Source: Eubacteriales bacterium
GTDB taxonomy: Bacteria > Bacillota > Clostridia > Oscillospirales > UBA644
Reading direction: 5' to 3'
Assembly: GCA_045542115.1 (NCBI GenBank)
Contig: JAZQKK010000019.1
Span: forward strand, 133,362 to 197,361
Length of the DNA: 64,000 nucleotides
Below the pieces are notes generated by a model. It did no database searches, was not told the origin of the DNA, and saw only the letters and a program-made list of their open reading frames with translations. Made by a program: the position numbers and the translations under genes. The first letter of the stretch is position 1; every line of letters begins with the position of its first letter. Of this stretch, positions 18,640 to 27,982 are shown piece after piece.

Positions 18640-18711
18640 AATATAAAATTCCTTTCGGAGTATTGTTTCAAAATGAAGCGCGGGCGGGGCAGAACAGACC
18701 CGTTCATTTTA

Positions 18712-18740
18712 ATTATACCACACAAGAAAGAGTTTCGCAA
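18712..18740 (-). promoter_or_regulatory. sigma-A-type promoter of the ychF operon
   Basis: Minus strand: TTGCGA, 17 nt spacer, TGG-TATAAT (extended -10). Confidence 0.6.
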
Positions 18741-18804
18741 GGGGCGGAAGGAAAACTTTTTCCGAAATTACCGAGAAATTCTTGCCGTATCGGTGTTTTG
18801 CTCC

Positions 18805-19557
18805 TTATTTTCGGTGTTCGGCCCGCCACTGCCCGGGGGTCATTCCGTAGAAGCGGAGATATTCTTTGTAAAATTGAGAGTACTCTCCGTATCCGCACTC
18901 TTCTGCCACCCGGGCCAGGGGAATGGACGTGACGCGCAACAGCCACTCTCCCCGTTTGAGCCGGTAGAAATGTTGATACTCCAAGGGGGTCATTCCGTAC
19001 CCTTTTTTCATCAGGTTAATGATTTGATTTTTGCTGTAAGAAAACCGCTGGGATAATGCAGTGAGGGAAATATTTTCGCAGGCGTGCTTTCGCAGATAGG
19101 CGGCAATCTCGCTTCCCGTTCCGGCAGGTTCTTTTCTTTGGTAGAGGTGGGAAAGAATCCGGTAAAACAGCGCCGCTTTTTCCATCAGGCTCCGGTTTCG
19201 GCTGTGGGCCCGGTCCAGGGCTTCCATCAGAGGCATCAATTCGTCCGGCAAAAAGGTTCCCCGCCGAGGCAGAATTTCCCCTTCCTCTTCCCAGGCGCCC
19301 AGAAAATGCACGTAAAGATATTTGGGGCTGTCCGAAGGGCGGAGCGCCGACTGGTGTGTCTCTTTTTTCTGAATAAAATATTCTCCGGCGCCCAGGTCGT
19401 ATTCGTTTCCATCCTCGGTAAAGTGCAGCGTTCCCTCAAAGACCAACAGCAACACGTCGTCCCGGCAAAACCGGGTCACGTGCGTTTCTTTCGGTTCAAA
19501 ATACCGAAGAGAAGCGTGCTGATACCGTATCGGTTGGTTCAAATCAATTCCCGTCAC
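18805..19557 (-). CDS. AraC-family transcriptional regulator (cupin sensor + C-terminal HTH)
   Basis: N-terminal cupin-like region and C-terminal double HTH ending GMTPGQWR. Divergent from the GH127 gene. Confidence 0.85.
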   Translation of the reverse strand: MTGIDLNQPIRYQHASLRYFEPKETHVTRFCRDDVLLLVFEGTLHFTEDGNEYDLGAGEYFIQKKETHQSALRPSDSPKYLYVHFLGAWEEEGEILPRRGTFLPDELMPLMEALDRAHSRNRSLMEKAALFYRILSHLYQRKEPAGTGSEIAAYLRKHACENISLTALSQRFSYSKNQIINLMKKGYGMTPLEYQHFYRLKRGEWLLRVTSIPLARVAEECGYGEYSQFYKEYLRFYGMTPGQWRAEHRK

Positions 19558-19597
19558 CGTGCTCCCCCCCTTCGTTTTCTTTCAGTATAGCATATAA

Positions 19598-19661
19598 TTG
19601 TGATATTTGCAATACTATTTGTGATTTTTTCATTAAAAAACTGATTTTTTTGTGATATAAT
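19598..19661 (+). promoter_or_regulatory. three phased TTGTGAT direct repeats overlapping an activator-type promoter of the GH127 gene
   Basis: TTGTGAT at 19598, 19619 and 19650, spaced 21 and 31 bp. The last abuts TATAAT at 19656-19661. There is no good -35. Confidence 0.4.
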
Positions 19662-19689
19662 AAAATAAAAAACAGAGGAGTACCCGATA

Positions 19690-21516
19690 ATGACTGACAC
19701 AACGTTGCGGCAGATTCCCTTTTCTGAGATTCAAATTACCGGAGGGTTTTGGAAAAAGAAACAGGAAATGGCACGGAAGGCCACCGTCCGGGCGGTCTAC
19801 GACCGATTCGCCGAGACGGGACGGTTTGACGCTTTGAAGTGCGATTGGACGGAAGGCAAACCCAACAAGCCCCACTTTTTCTGGGATTCCGACGTGGCCA
19901 AATGGTTGGAAGGGGCTATCTATATTCAACAAACCCATCCCTCGGCCCGGTTACAAAAGAAAATTGATACCACCATCGACACCTTCCTTGCAAACCAAGG
20001 GGAAGACGGCTATTTCAACTCTTATTTTACTACGGTTGCCCCCGAAGACCGTCTGTCGGACATTGACAAGCACGAATTGTACTGTGCCGGCCACTGGATG
20101 GAGGCGGCCGTGGCCCATATTCAAGCCACGGGAGACGACCGTTTTTTAAAGGGTGTGGAAAAATTTGCCGATTATATTGAACGTCGCTTCCTTATAAATA
20201 AAGACGTGCCCTTTGAAGTTCCCGGCCACGAAGAAATCGAATTGGCTCTGTTGCGGATGTACGATTGCACGAAAAAGAAAAAATATCTGGAAATGGCCCT
20301 GCATTTTCTCAACCTGCGGGGGGCCCATCCCCAGTCTGTTCATCCCGAACGGGAATGGGTCACCGCGGCCTACTGCCAAAACCATCTTCCGGTCCGTCAG
20401 CAGACCGAAGCGGTTGGCCACGCCGTCCGGGCGGTCTATCTTTACACCGCAATGGCCGACGCCGCCGCAAAAACCGGGGATGAAGCCCTGAAAAACGCCT
20501 GCGAAAGGTTGTGGCGTGACATTACCGAAAAGAAAATGTTCATCACCGGGTCCATTGGCTCTTCCGCCCGAGGGGAAGCCTTCACGGTGGAGTACGACCT
20601 TTGCAACCTTTTGGCTTACAGCGAAACCTGTGCGTCCATCGGTTTAATCTATTTTGCCCAGAAAATGCTTTCGATGGATGCGGATTCCCGCTATTCCGAC
20701 GTCATTGAACAGGCGTTGTATAACTGTTTTTTGGCATCCACGTCTTTGGACGGAATGGCCTTCTACTACGAAAATCCCCAAGAAATCGTGCCCTATCTTC
20801 ATACCCGGGATGCCGGCTCGTCTGCCATTAAGTGGCCCAAGATGGAACGGTCGAAGGTCTTTACTTGTTCCTGTTGCCCGCCGAATATCGTGCGGATGCT
20901 TCCGTCGGTGGGGAATTACGTTGCCTCGGAAGGAAACGGAACCGTTTACGTACATCAATATATGCAATGTGAGATCGGTCTCAGCGACGGAAAACGCTTG
21001 AAGATTGACACCCGCTATCCTCAAAACGGCACCGTCACCCTGACCTTGACGGGGGGAGACGGAAGGCTGGCCGTCCGCGTTCCCGGTTGGTGTAAAAACC
21101 ACGGTTATCCGACGGCAAAAGGGTATACGTATCTGGAAGCAAAAGACGGAGTTCCCGTTTCCTTGTCCTTCCCGATGAAAGTACAGTTTATCGAGGCTCG
21201 CCCCGAGGTCATCTTCAACTGCGGACGGGTCGCCGTCCGGCGAGGACCGGTGTTGTACTGCGCCGAACAGGCCGACAACGGCCCCCAACTTCGGGATTTG
21301 ATTCTTTCGGAGGGGAGCCGCTTCAAGCAAGGCGTTCACCCCGACTTGGGGGTTCCCACCCTGACCGGTAAGGCCTTCCGCCGCACCTGGACCGAACGGG
21401 ACCTGTACCGGGAACGAAACCGAACCCTTACCCCCGTCCCCGTTACCCTGATTCCCTATTACGCGATGGCCAACCGAGGAGAAGGGGAAATGCTTCTCTG
21501 GTTCCAAATCCAATAA
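19690..21516 (+). CDS. glycoside hydrolase family 127 (DUF1680; beta-L-arabinofuranosidase-like)
   Basis: N-terminal IQITGGFWKKKQ, GHEEIELALLRMY and the Cys-rich zinc/catalytic motif FTCSCCPPNIVR. 608 aa. Confidence 0.85.
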   Translation: MTDTTLRQIPFSEIQITGGFWKKKQEMARKATVRAVYDRFAETGRFDALKCDWTEGKPNKPHFFWDSDVAKWLEGAIYIQQTHPSARLQKKIDTTIDTFLANQGEDGYFNSYFTTVAPEDRLSDIDKHELYCAGHWMEAAVAHIQATGDDRFLKGVEKFADYIERRFLINKDVPFEVPGHEEIELALLRMYDCTKKKKYLEMALHFLNLRGAHPQSVHPEREWVTAAYCQNHLPVRQQTEAVGHAVRAVYLYTAMADAAAKTGDEALKNACERLWRDITEKKMFITGSIGSSARGEAFTVEYDLCNLLAYSETCASIGLIYFAQKMLSMDADSRYSDVIEQALYNCFLASTSLDGMAFYYENPQEIVPYLHTRDAGSSAIKWPKMERSKVFTCSCCPPNIVRMLPSVGNYVASEGNGTVYVHQYMQCEIGLSDGKRLKIDTRYPQNGTVTLTLTGGDGRLAVRVPGWCKNHGYPTAKGYTYLEAKDGVPVSLSFPMKVQFIEARPEVIFNCGRVAVRRGPVLYCAEQADNGPQLRDLILSEGSRFKQGVHPDLGVPTLTGKAFRRTWTERDLYRERNRTLTPVPVTLIPYYAMANRGEGEMLLWFQIQ

Positions 21517-21525
21517 AAAACAGGT

Positions 21526-21558
21526 ACGCCCCCTTGTAAAAGCAAGGGGGCGTTTGTT
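21526..21558 (+). terminator. rho-independent terminator after GH127
   Basis: ACGCCCCCTTG-TAAAAG-CAAGGGGGCGT followed by TTGTTG. Confidence 0.7.
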
Positions 21559-21737
21559 GATACCGTCGGGGCATTGCCTGTTTAATTCGTTCAAAGGCAG
21601 CTTTTGCGTTGACCGGCATCCCTGCGGTACGCTTCTTTCGGGAAAAGGAACGAATTTAACAACGTAATACGACGCGCCCCACGGGCGGGTTTTCCTTGGG
21701 CGCATTTACGAAACGGATAAAAATTTTGCCGTGTAAG

Positions 21738-21766
21738 TTGACACGACCTGTTTTTTGCGGTATAAT
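21738..21766 (+). promoter_or_regulatory. consensus sigma-A promoter of the GH116-LacI unit
   Basis: TTGACA (21738-21743), 17 nt spacer, TATAAT (21761-21766). Confidence 0.7.
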
Positions 21767-21798
21767 AGAAAAAAAGATTTCGGAAAGGAATCCGTGGT

Positions 21799-24321
21799 GT
21801 GCAGTACAAAAATGAATTTTTACAAAATATCTCCTTCCCTTTGGGGGGCATCGGTACGGGGTGTATCGGCCTTGCAGGGAACGGGGAACTGATTGACTGG
21901 GAGATTTTCAATCGCCCCAACAAAAATACCCGCAACGGCTATTCCCATTTCGCGGTGCGGGCGGTGACGGACGACGGCGTGGTGGCCAAAGTCCTGCAAG
22001 GGGATACTTATGAAAATTTGAGCGGAAGTTACGACGGCGGGTCGGGGCATATCGGCTTCGGATTCGGCGTTCACAACAATTCCCTGGCCGGATTTCCCCA
22101 CTTCCGAAACGTGACCTTTGAGGGGAATTTTCCTCTTTGCTCCTTGTCCTTTACCGACGACACCTTTCCAGGCGCAGTGCGGCTGACCGCCCTGAACCCG
22201 ATGATTCCCCACAACGCTTTCGACTCTTCGTTGCCGGCGGCGTTATTTGAATGGGAGATTGAAAACACCTCGGACAGACCGGTGGAATACACCTTGGCGT
22301 TCAGTGTGTGCAACCCTGCCGCCGTGTCGGAGAACCGGGAGATTTCCACGGAAAACGCCACGGGGATCTTCTTCGTCAACGGAGAAAAGCAGCCGGATGA
22401 AATCGGCTATTGCGACCTGTGTTGTCTGACCGACCGAACCAACGGCTACACCCAGGAATCCTGGTATCGGGGGCGGTGGCGGGATGCAAGTACCACCTTT
22501 TGGAACAATTTTACCGCAAAAGAGCCCCTGCCCGCCCGTCATTGCGACACGCCGGGACAGCACGACCACGGGTCGGTGGCCTCGGCGGTGACCGTTGCTC
22601 CGGGAGAACGGGCAAGGGTTCGGTTCGTACTTGCCTGGTCCGTTCCGGTGCAGTACAATTATTGGAAACCGTATCAGGATGAAAACGGCAACCACGTCAC
22701 CTGGAAAAACTACTACGCCACCCAATTTGCCGATTCCCGTCAGACGGCGCAGTACGTTTTAGACCGTTTCGACGACCTTCGGGAGCAATCCCTTCGCTTT
22801 GCGGAAGCCTTGAATCAGTCTTCTCTGCCCGACGCCGCCCGGGACGCGGTCAGTTCCAATCTTTCGGTACTGAAAACCCCCACGGTGCTTCGGTTGGAAG
22901 ACGGCTCGCTTTGGGGATGGGAAGGGTGCAACGAGCGGACGGGGTCCTGCGAGGGGTCCTGCCAGCACGTGTGGAATTACGCCTACGCTCTCCCCTACCT
23001 GTTCCCCGAATTGGAACGGTCGCTGCGGGAAAACACCGTAAAATATGCTTTGACCGAAGCCGGCGCCACCACGTTCCGGGTTCCCCTGCCGGTGGGAAGA
23101 AAATTGGGAGAGTTTCGCTCCTGCGTGGACGGACAGATGGGAGAAGTCATCAAATGTTACCGGGAATGGAAACTTTCCGGAGATACGGAATGGCTGAAGA
23201 AGATGGCTCCGTCCATTTTTAAGATGTTGGATTACGCCCGTTCCCCGGAAAATCCCGACGCCTGGGACCGGGACTGCGACGGCGTTTTGGAAGGCCGCCA
23301 ACATCATACCTTGGATATGGAACTGTTCGGGCCCAATTCCTGGTTGCAGGGATTCTACCTGCTGGCCCTCGACTGCGGCGCCCGGATGGCGGAAGCCCTG
23401 GGGCGGAATGAAAAAGCCGAGGAATACCGTGCTTTATATGAAAAGGGCAAAGAATGGACGGCAAAGAACCTGTTCAACGGCTTCTATTTCTGCCAAAACG
23501 TGGACTTGACCGACCGGGACGTTGTAGCTCGGTTCGGGGCGGAAGACACGTATTGGAACGAAGAAGCAGGGCAGATTAAATATCAGGTGGCCCAAGGATG
23601 TATCATCGACCAAATGCTGGCCGATTGGCACGCCGGACTGATCGGACTTGACCCGGTTTTTGAGGAAGAACAGCGAAAAACGGCGTTGGGCAACCTTTAC
23701 AAAAACAATTTCGTTCCGTCGATGCGGTCGGTTGCCAATATGTGGCGGAACTTCGCGGTCAACGACGAAGGGGGAACGGTAATCTGCTCTTACCCGGACG
23801 GCGCTCCGAAGCCCGCCATTCCCATTCCTTACTGCGAAGAGGTAATGACCGGGTTTGAATACGCGGCGGCGGGCCTTCTTCTGCAAAACGGATTTTCCGA
23901 CGAAGGGTTAACGGTGGTCTCCGCCATCCGGGACCGGTACGACGGAAAGAAGCGGAATCCCTGGAACGAAATCGAATGCGGGAGCAACTACGCCCGGTCG
24001 ATGGCCTCCTTTGCACTGCTTCCCATTTACAGCGGATTTACCTTCGATATGACGAAATCCTACCTTGGCTTTGCCCCCTTGTCCGGAGAAGGCACCTATC
24101 TTTGGAGCATCAAAAACACGTGGGGAACCGTCTCGGTGGAACAAGACCGGTGCACCCTTTCGGTGTACGGAGAACCCCTGACGCTGGCCCGCTTCGGAAT
24201 CCCCGGAGAAGCCAAGACCCTTTCGGTGGACGGAACCGAACTCCCCTTCGCAGCGCAAGGGGACGGTATTGAATTTGAAGAAGTTAAAATAAATCATACT
24301 TTGGAGTTGATGTTTAAATGA
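21799..24321 (+). CDS. glycoside hydrolase family 116 (GBA2-type beta-glucosidase / beta-xylosidase-like)
   Basis: N-terminal FPLGGIGTGCIGLAGNGELIDWEIFNRPNK and a C-terminal (alpha/alpha)6 region. 840 aa from the GTG at 21799; an ATG at 21812 is an alternative start. Confidence 0.8.
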   Translation: MQYKNEFLQNISFPLGGIGTGCIGLAGNGELIDWEIFNRPNKNTRNGYSHFAVRAVTDDGVVAKVLQGDTYENLSGSYDGGSGHIGFGFGVHNNSLAGFPHFRNVTFEGNFPLCSLSFTDDTFPGAVRLTALNPMIPHNAFDSSLPAALFEWEIENTSDRPVEYTLAFSVCNPAAVSENREISTENATGIFFVNGEKQPDEIGYCDLCCLTDRTNGYTQESWYRGRWRDASTTFWNNFTAKEPLPARHCDTPGQHDHGSVASAVTVAPGERARVRFVLAWSVPVQYNYWKPYQDENGNHVTWKNYYATQFADSRQTAQYVLDRFDDLREQSLRFAEALNQSSLPDAARDAVSSNLSVLKTPTVLRLEDGSLWGWEGCNERTGSCEGSCQHVWNYAYALPYLFPELERSLRENTVKYALTEAGATTFRVPLPVGRKLGEFRSCVDGQMGEVIKCYREWKLSGDTEWLKKMAPSIFKMLDYARSPENPDAWDRDCDGVLEGRQHHTLDMELFGPNSWLQGFYLLALDCGARMAEALGRNEKAEEYRALYEKGKEWTAKNLFNGFYFCQNVDLTDRDVVARFGAEDTYWNEEAGQIKYQVAQGCIIDQMLADWHAGLIGLDPVFEEEQRKTALGNLYKNNFVPSMRSVANMWRNFAVNDEGGTVICSYPDGAPKPAIPIPYCEEVMTGFEYAAAGLLLQNGFSDEGLTVVSAIRDRYDGKKRNPWNEIECGSNYARSMASFALLPIYSGFTFDMTKSYLGFAPLSGEGTYLWSIKNTWGTVSVEQDRCTLSVYGEPLTLARFGIPGEAKTLSVDGTELPFAAQGDGIEFEEVKINHTLELMFK

Positions 24322-25250
24322 AGCGTTTCTCCGGCATTACCACCACTCAACTGGCCCGCATTTGCGGCGTTTCCCAAGGTACGGTAGACCGGGCGCTCCA
24401 CGACCGTCCCGGCATCCGCCCGGAAACCAAAGAATACATCCTTTCCGTGGCCCGGGAATACGATTATCTGCCCCACGTCAAGGGAAGTACCGGAAACAAT
24501 TCGATGCTGATTGGTGTGGTTTTGTTTGATTTGAAAAACGAATTTTTCTCCAAACTTGCCACGAGCCTGGTCAACGAAGCGAAACGGATGGGATATTCTC
24601 TCATTTTTCAATTTTCGGAAAAAGACGCAAGCCGGGAGCGGAAAGCCTTGGAATATTTTGACTATATCGGGGTGGACGGCATCGTTCTGTTTTCCGTGGG
24701 AAGTGACGACGACGTCTACGAAAAATACCTTCGCTCCATCAAACGTCCCCTCGTCAGCATCGGGAATCGAATCTTTCAGTTCCCTTACGTGGGAATCGAC
24801 GATAAAAAGGCGATGCAGGAAATTGCCCTGCGCCTTTGCAACGAGGCAAAAGACGGAGAATTGGTCTACTACGCCCCCATTTTGCGGAAACCCCTTCATA
24901 CCCTGAATGCGCAACGCCTTCGCTTACAGGGGGCTCGGGCGGCAATAAAACAACAGAATCGAACTCTGCGAATTGCGTTCACACCGGAAGAACTTTCCGG
25001 CGCCGCCGCCGTTATCTGTCCTACCGACGATTACGCCGCATCGGTTCTGCGGCATCTGAAATTTCCCCAATCTCTTCCGATTTCCGGGTTTGACAACATC
25101 TCTCTTTTGAATTATCTGCAAACGCCCGTGCTGACCGTGGAATATTCCACAGACACCATCGCCCGGGAATGTATGAACTTCCTTTTGGGAAGACCGTATC
25201 AGCCGGAAATCCCCTATCAACTGCTCTATAAAAACAAAGAAACGCTATAA
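24318..25250 (+). CDS. LacI-family transcriptional regulator
   Basis: N-terminal HTH TTTQLARICGVSQGTVDRALH plus a periplasmic-binding-protein-like core. ATGA overlap with GH116. Confidence 0.85.
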   Translation: MKRFSGITTTQLARICGVSQGTVDRALHDRPGIRPETKEYILSVAREYDYLPHVKGSTGNNSMLIGVVLFDLKNEFFSKLATSLVNEAKRMGYSLIFQFSEKDASRERKALEYFDYIGVDGIVLFSVGSDDDVYEKYLRSIKRPLVSIGNRIFQFPYVGIDDKKAMQEIALRLCNEAKDGELVYYAPILRKPLHTLNAQRLRLQGARAAIKQQNRTLRIAFTPEELSGAAAVICPTDDYAASVLRHLKFPQSLPISGFDNISLLNYLQTPVLTVEYSTDTIARECMNFLLGRPYQPEIPYQLLYKNKETL

Positions 25251-25300
25251 AAAAACCAGACCCCACCGCCCGAGACGATTCTTGGGGGTGGGGTCTTTTC
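25251..25300. terminator. bidirectional terminator between LacI (+) and the surface-protein operon (-)
   Basis: A6 run, AGACCCCACC ... GGTGGGGTCT, then a T4 run. It reads as hairpin+U on both strands. Confidence 0.7.
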
Positions 25301-25392
25301 CTGTCGTTCTTTCATAATGCGAACGGAACCGCTTGTACGGACAACAGAACAAGCCGGTTCCGTTCAAAAAAACAAGGATTGCGCAAAATCGT

Positions 25393-27885
25393 TTAAGAAT
25401 TATCCGCCTTGGCAAAGGTCAGCGTCGCGGTGGCGACCTTGTCAGTCCGGCTTTCGCCGTTCTTGGGCGTTCCGTTAACGGTCAGCACAAAATCCACGAA
25501 ATCCGCATCAGCAACGGCCTTTTCTTCTGCCGTTTCCAAAATTTCTTCCGCCGATTCGGGGGTAACGGTCAAGTCGTCATCCGCGTCGGCATCGACAACG
25601 GTCAGGGTGGCTTTCACGCCAACGTTGGAATGGTTGACCACCGTTACCTTCAACTGATTGTCCTTCCATTCTGCCGGACGGAAGCCTTCAAAGGTGTGGT
25701 CTTGCGGTTTCCAAGTCCCTTCGCTTCCGCCGTCATAATCAAAGGAAACGTCATCGTTCTCCCAAGCCACGTCCAGGGAATACACTGGGTCGGAAGGAAG
25801 CCGACCTTGGTAGTTCACGGTAAGATCCCTGTTCTCCGAGGGAAGATTAAGACCGGCAAGTTGATTACTCATATCCCGAACTACCGTGTAAGAGGCGATT
25901 TCGTATACGTCGGGATCCCCGGATTTTTCGCCCGTATTGTAATAGCGGAACGTGATGTGGTCCTCATAGAAATCAATTTTCAGGAACTGAACGATTAACG
26001 GCTCGGCCACCGCCAATCCACCGCTCTGATATTGGTTATTGTAATACCCCATAGATCCCATATGGCAGGAGAGGGCGCCGTTTGTCGTCCAGGAATTGTC
26101 CTCATTTTGCGTTTCACTGCCGAAGATGGGACGCACCAATTCGGACGAGGCGTACCAAGCATATTCACTGTCACTCCCGTGAACGTGCCCGTAGCAATAA
26201 AGCACGTTGGGATATTGTGCCAGGGTCTCCTGAAGAAGATTCGTTGCATCCAACCCCGCGCTAACGGGATAATGGCATTGCAGAATCACGGTTTTATCCT
26301 GTCCGATCTCTTCCAATTGCGCTGCAACCCATTCCGCCTGGCTGACGTAAAGGGTGCTGACATCCCCGGTAGGCTGATAGGGAGTATTGACGCTGATAAA
26401 TTCCATTCCGTTCAACGAATACCGATAGCAGAGCAGTTCGTTGAATTTGGAGTCGGGATTACGCAAATACGCATCGAAGTCTCCTACGTGCTCAAGGAGA
26501 TACGAATCCCAATCCCCGGAATACACGGTTCCGCCGGCAGTATTTCCGGGCTCGGAATCGTGATTGCCGGTGATGGGAAGAACCACGGAATCCGTACTGC
26601 CCTGCAGAAGGGTTGCATAAACCGTATCCATAGAATTGCGGAGATTCTCGTTCGTCCATTCCGCATTCCAATCGTTATTGCTGACGATATCGCCGCCAAC
26701 AAGGATCACGTTTGCCCCACCTAAAGTATCCCTCAGATAATTCACGGCGTTCACCGTTCCCTGACGGATGGGAGAGTTCCAGGACTGAATCCCGTAGTCC
26801 ACGTGCAAATCGGAGAAACAAGCCACGGAATACAGAGGCGTCTGTCCGGCGTTGTCGTATTCCGCTTCATTCTGTTGCAGGGTGTACAAGGTAAATTCAT
26901 TGCTGCTCGGGAGCGTGCCGGAAACCCAACCGGAGCCCGTAGTCAGAACGTTGGAAAACCGCAGATAATACGTAGTTTCGTCAATGACCGTATATATCTT
27001 CATCTTTCTTCCGGAAAGGGTAACGTTCAGATTCTGGGGGGTGTCCGAAAGAGTCGCCGCCGTAGCGGAAAGATTCAGATATTTTCCTGCGGCATCGGAA
27101 TAGAAAACGTAAGTCCCGTCACCGTTTTCGGTGATTCGCCACAGGCTGTCGGTTGCCTTCTCCAAGGTCTTGGGACGGGTTGCGTATTGCAAACCGGCTT
27201 CCTTCGGTGCGGCAACGACGCAAGTGTCCATCGTAACGCCGGCCGCATCCCTCACCGAAGCCCGCCCGAGAGCGTACTGCTCCCCGGAAACGAACTGGCG
27301 CATAGGACGGACGAACGTATCCGAATCCGAATCTTGAATGGTCTGCAGCCCGAATTCCGTGCTGCTCTCAGTGGCCCCAACGACCCAACGACCGTGAACA
27401 GTTGCAGTTCCGCGGGTCATACGCAGATAGTAATTCGTACCTTCCACGGTAGTGTAAATTTTAATTTTCCCATCGGAGATGGTGGCATTCAACGCCTGAG
27501 GCGTATCGGAAAGAGAGGCTTCCGTCGAACTCATATTCAGATACTTTCCGGCGTAATCCGACCAAAGGGTAACGGTGTTGGTCGTCGTTGCGTAGGAAAT
27601 CCGCCACAAGCATTTTTCCCCTGCAGCGACCGTCGCGGGAGGCATAGCAAGAGCCATCCCTCCTTGATAAGTCTCGGCGGAAACACAGTACGTGGTGCTT
27701 GCGCTCACGAGGTTTCCGTTGAAATACATTCTCGTCCCGTTCATAGTCAGGACGTATTCCTCTCCCGGCACGAAACCGTCGGCGGCGGCAAATCCCGTCT
27801 CGGCGGCAACCGAAGAGAGATTCAATCCCGCCAGCAGAGAAAGACAAAGAACTGCAGCGAGGAAGCAAGCTATCGCTTTACGCAT
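25393..27885 (-). CDS. secreted multidomain protein: duplicated lectin-like N-terminal modules + calcineurin-like metallophosphoesterase + shared C-terminal domain
   Basis: Start moved to the ATG at 27885 (RBS GAAGGAGAA; signal peptide MRKAIACFLAAVLCLSLLAGLNLSSVAAE). The internal duplicate CLWRISY...GKYLNMS...YYLRM matches SLWRITE...GKYLNLS...YYLRF. Phosphoesterase motifs: FSDLHVD, GGDIVSNND, TGNHDSE, LQCHYP, YGHVHG. Confidence 0.8.
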   Translation of the reverse strand: MRKAIACFLAAVLCLSLLAGLNLSSVAAETGFAAADGFVPGEEYVLTMNGTRMYFNGNLVSASTTYCVSAETYQGGMALAMPPATVAAGEKCLWRISYATTTNTVTLWSDYAGKYLNMSSTEASLSDTPQALNATISDGKIKIYTTVEGTNYYLRMTRGTATVHGRWVVGATESSTEFGLQTIQDSDSDTFVRPMRQFVSGEQYALGRASVRDAAGVTMDTCVVAAPKEAGLQYATRPKTLEKATDSLWRITENGDGTYVFYSDAAGKYLNLSATAATLSDTPQNLNVTLSGRKMKIYTVIDETTYYLRFSNVLTTGSGWVSGTLPSSNEFTLYTLQQNEAEYDNAGQTPLYSVACFSDLHVDYGIQSWNSPIRQGTVNAVNYLRDTLGGANVILVGGDIVSNNDWNAEWTNENLRNSMDTVYATLLQGSTDSVVLPITGNHDSEPGNTAGGTVYSGDWDSYLLEHVGDFDAYLRNPDSKFNELLCYRYSLNGMEFISVNTPYQPTGDVSTLYVSQAEWVAAQLEEIGQDKTVILQCHYPVSAGLDATNLLQETLAQYPNVLYCYGHVHGSDSEYAWYASSELVRPIFGSETQNEDNSWTTNGALSCHMGSMGYYNNQYQSGGLAVAEPLIVQFLKIDFYEDHITFRYYNTGEKSGDPDVYEIASYTVVRDMSNQLAGLNLPSENRDLTVNYQGRLPSDPVYSLDVAWENDDVSFDYDGGSEGTWKPQDHTFEGFRPAEWKDNQLKVTVVNHSNVGVKATLTVVDADADDDLTVTPESAEEILETAEEKAVADADFVDFVLTVNGTPKNGESRTDKVATATLTFAKADNS
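25427..25766. repeat. copy 1 of a ~340-nt near-identical repeat (3' end of the metallophosphoesterase gene)
   Basis: Aligns base for base with 28011-28350 at a constant offset of 2584 nt. I count about 7 mismatches by eye. Confidence 0.9.
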
Positions 27886-27982
27886 TTGAAACCATTCTCC
27901 TTCTACGTGTCTTTTGAATTGTATTACAGTTCGTATACAATATCGTAGCCTGAATGTAAAATTCCCATTCAAGCCCGACTTC

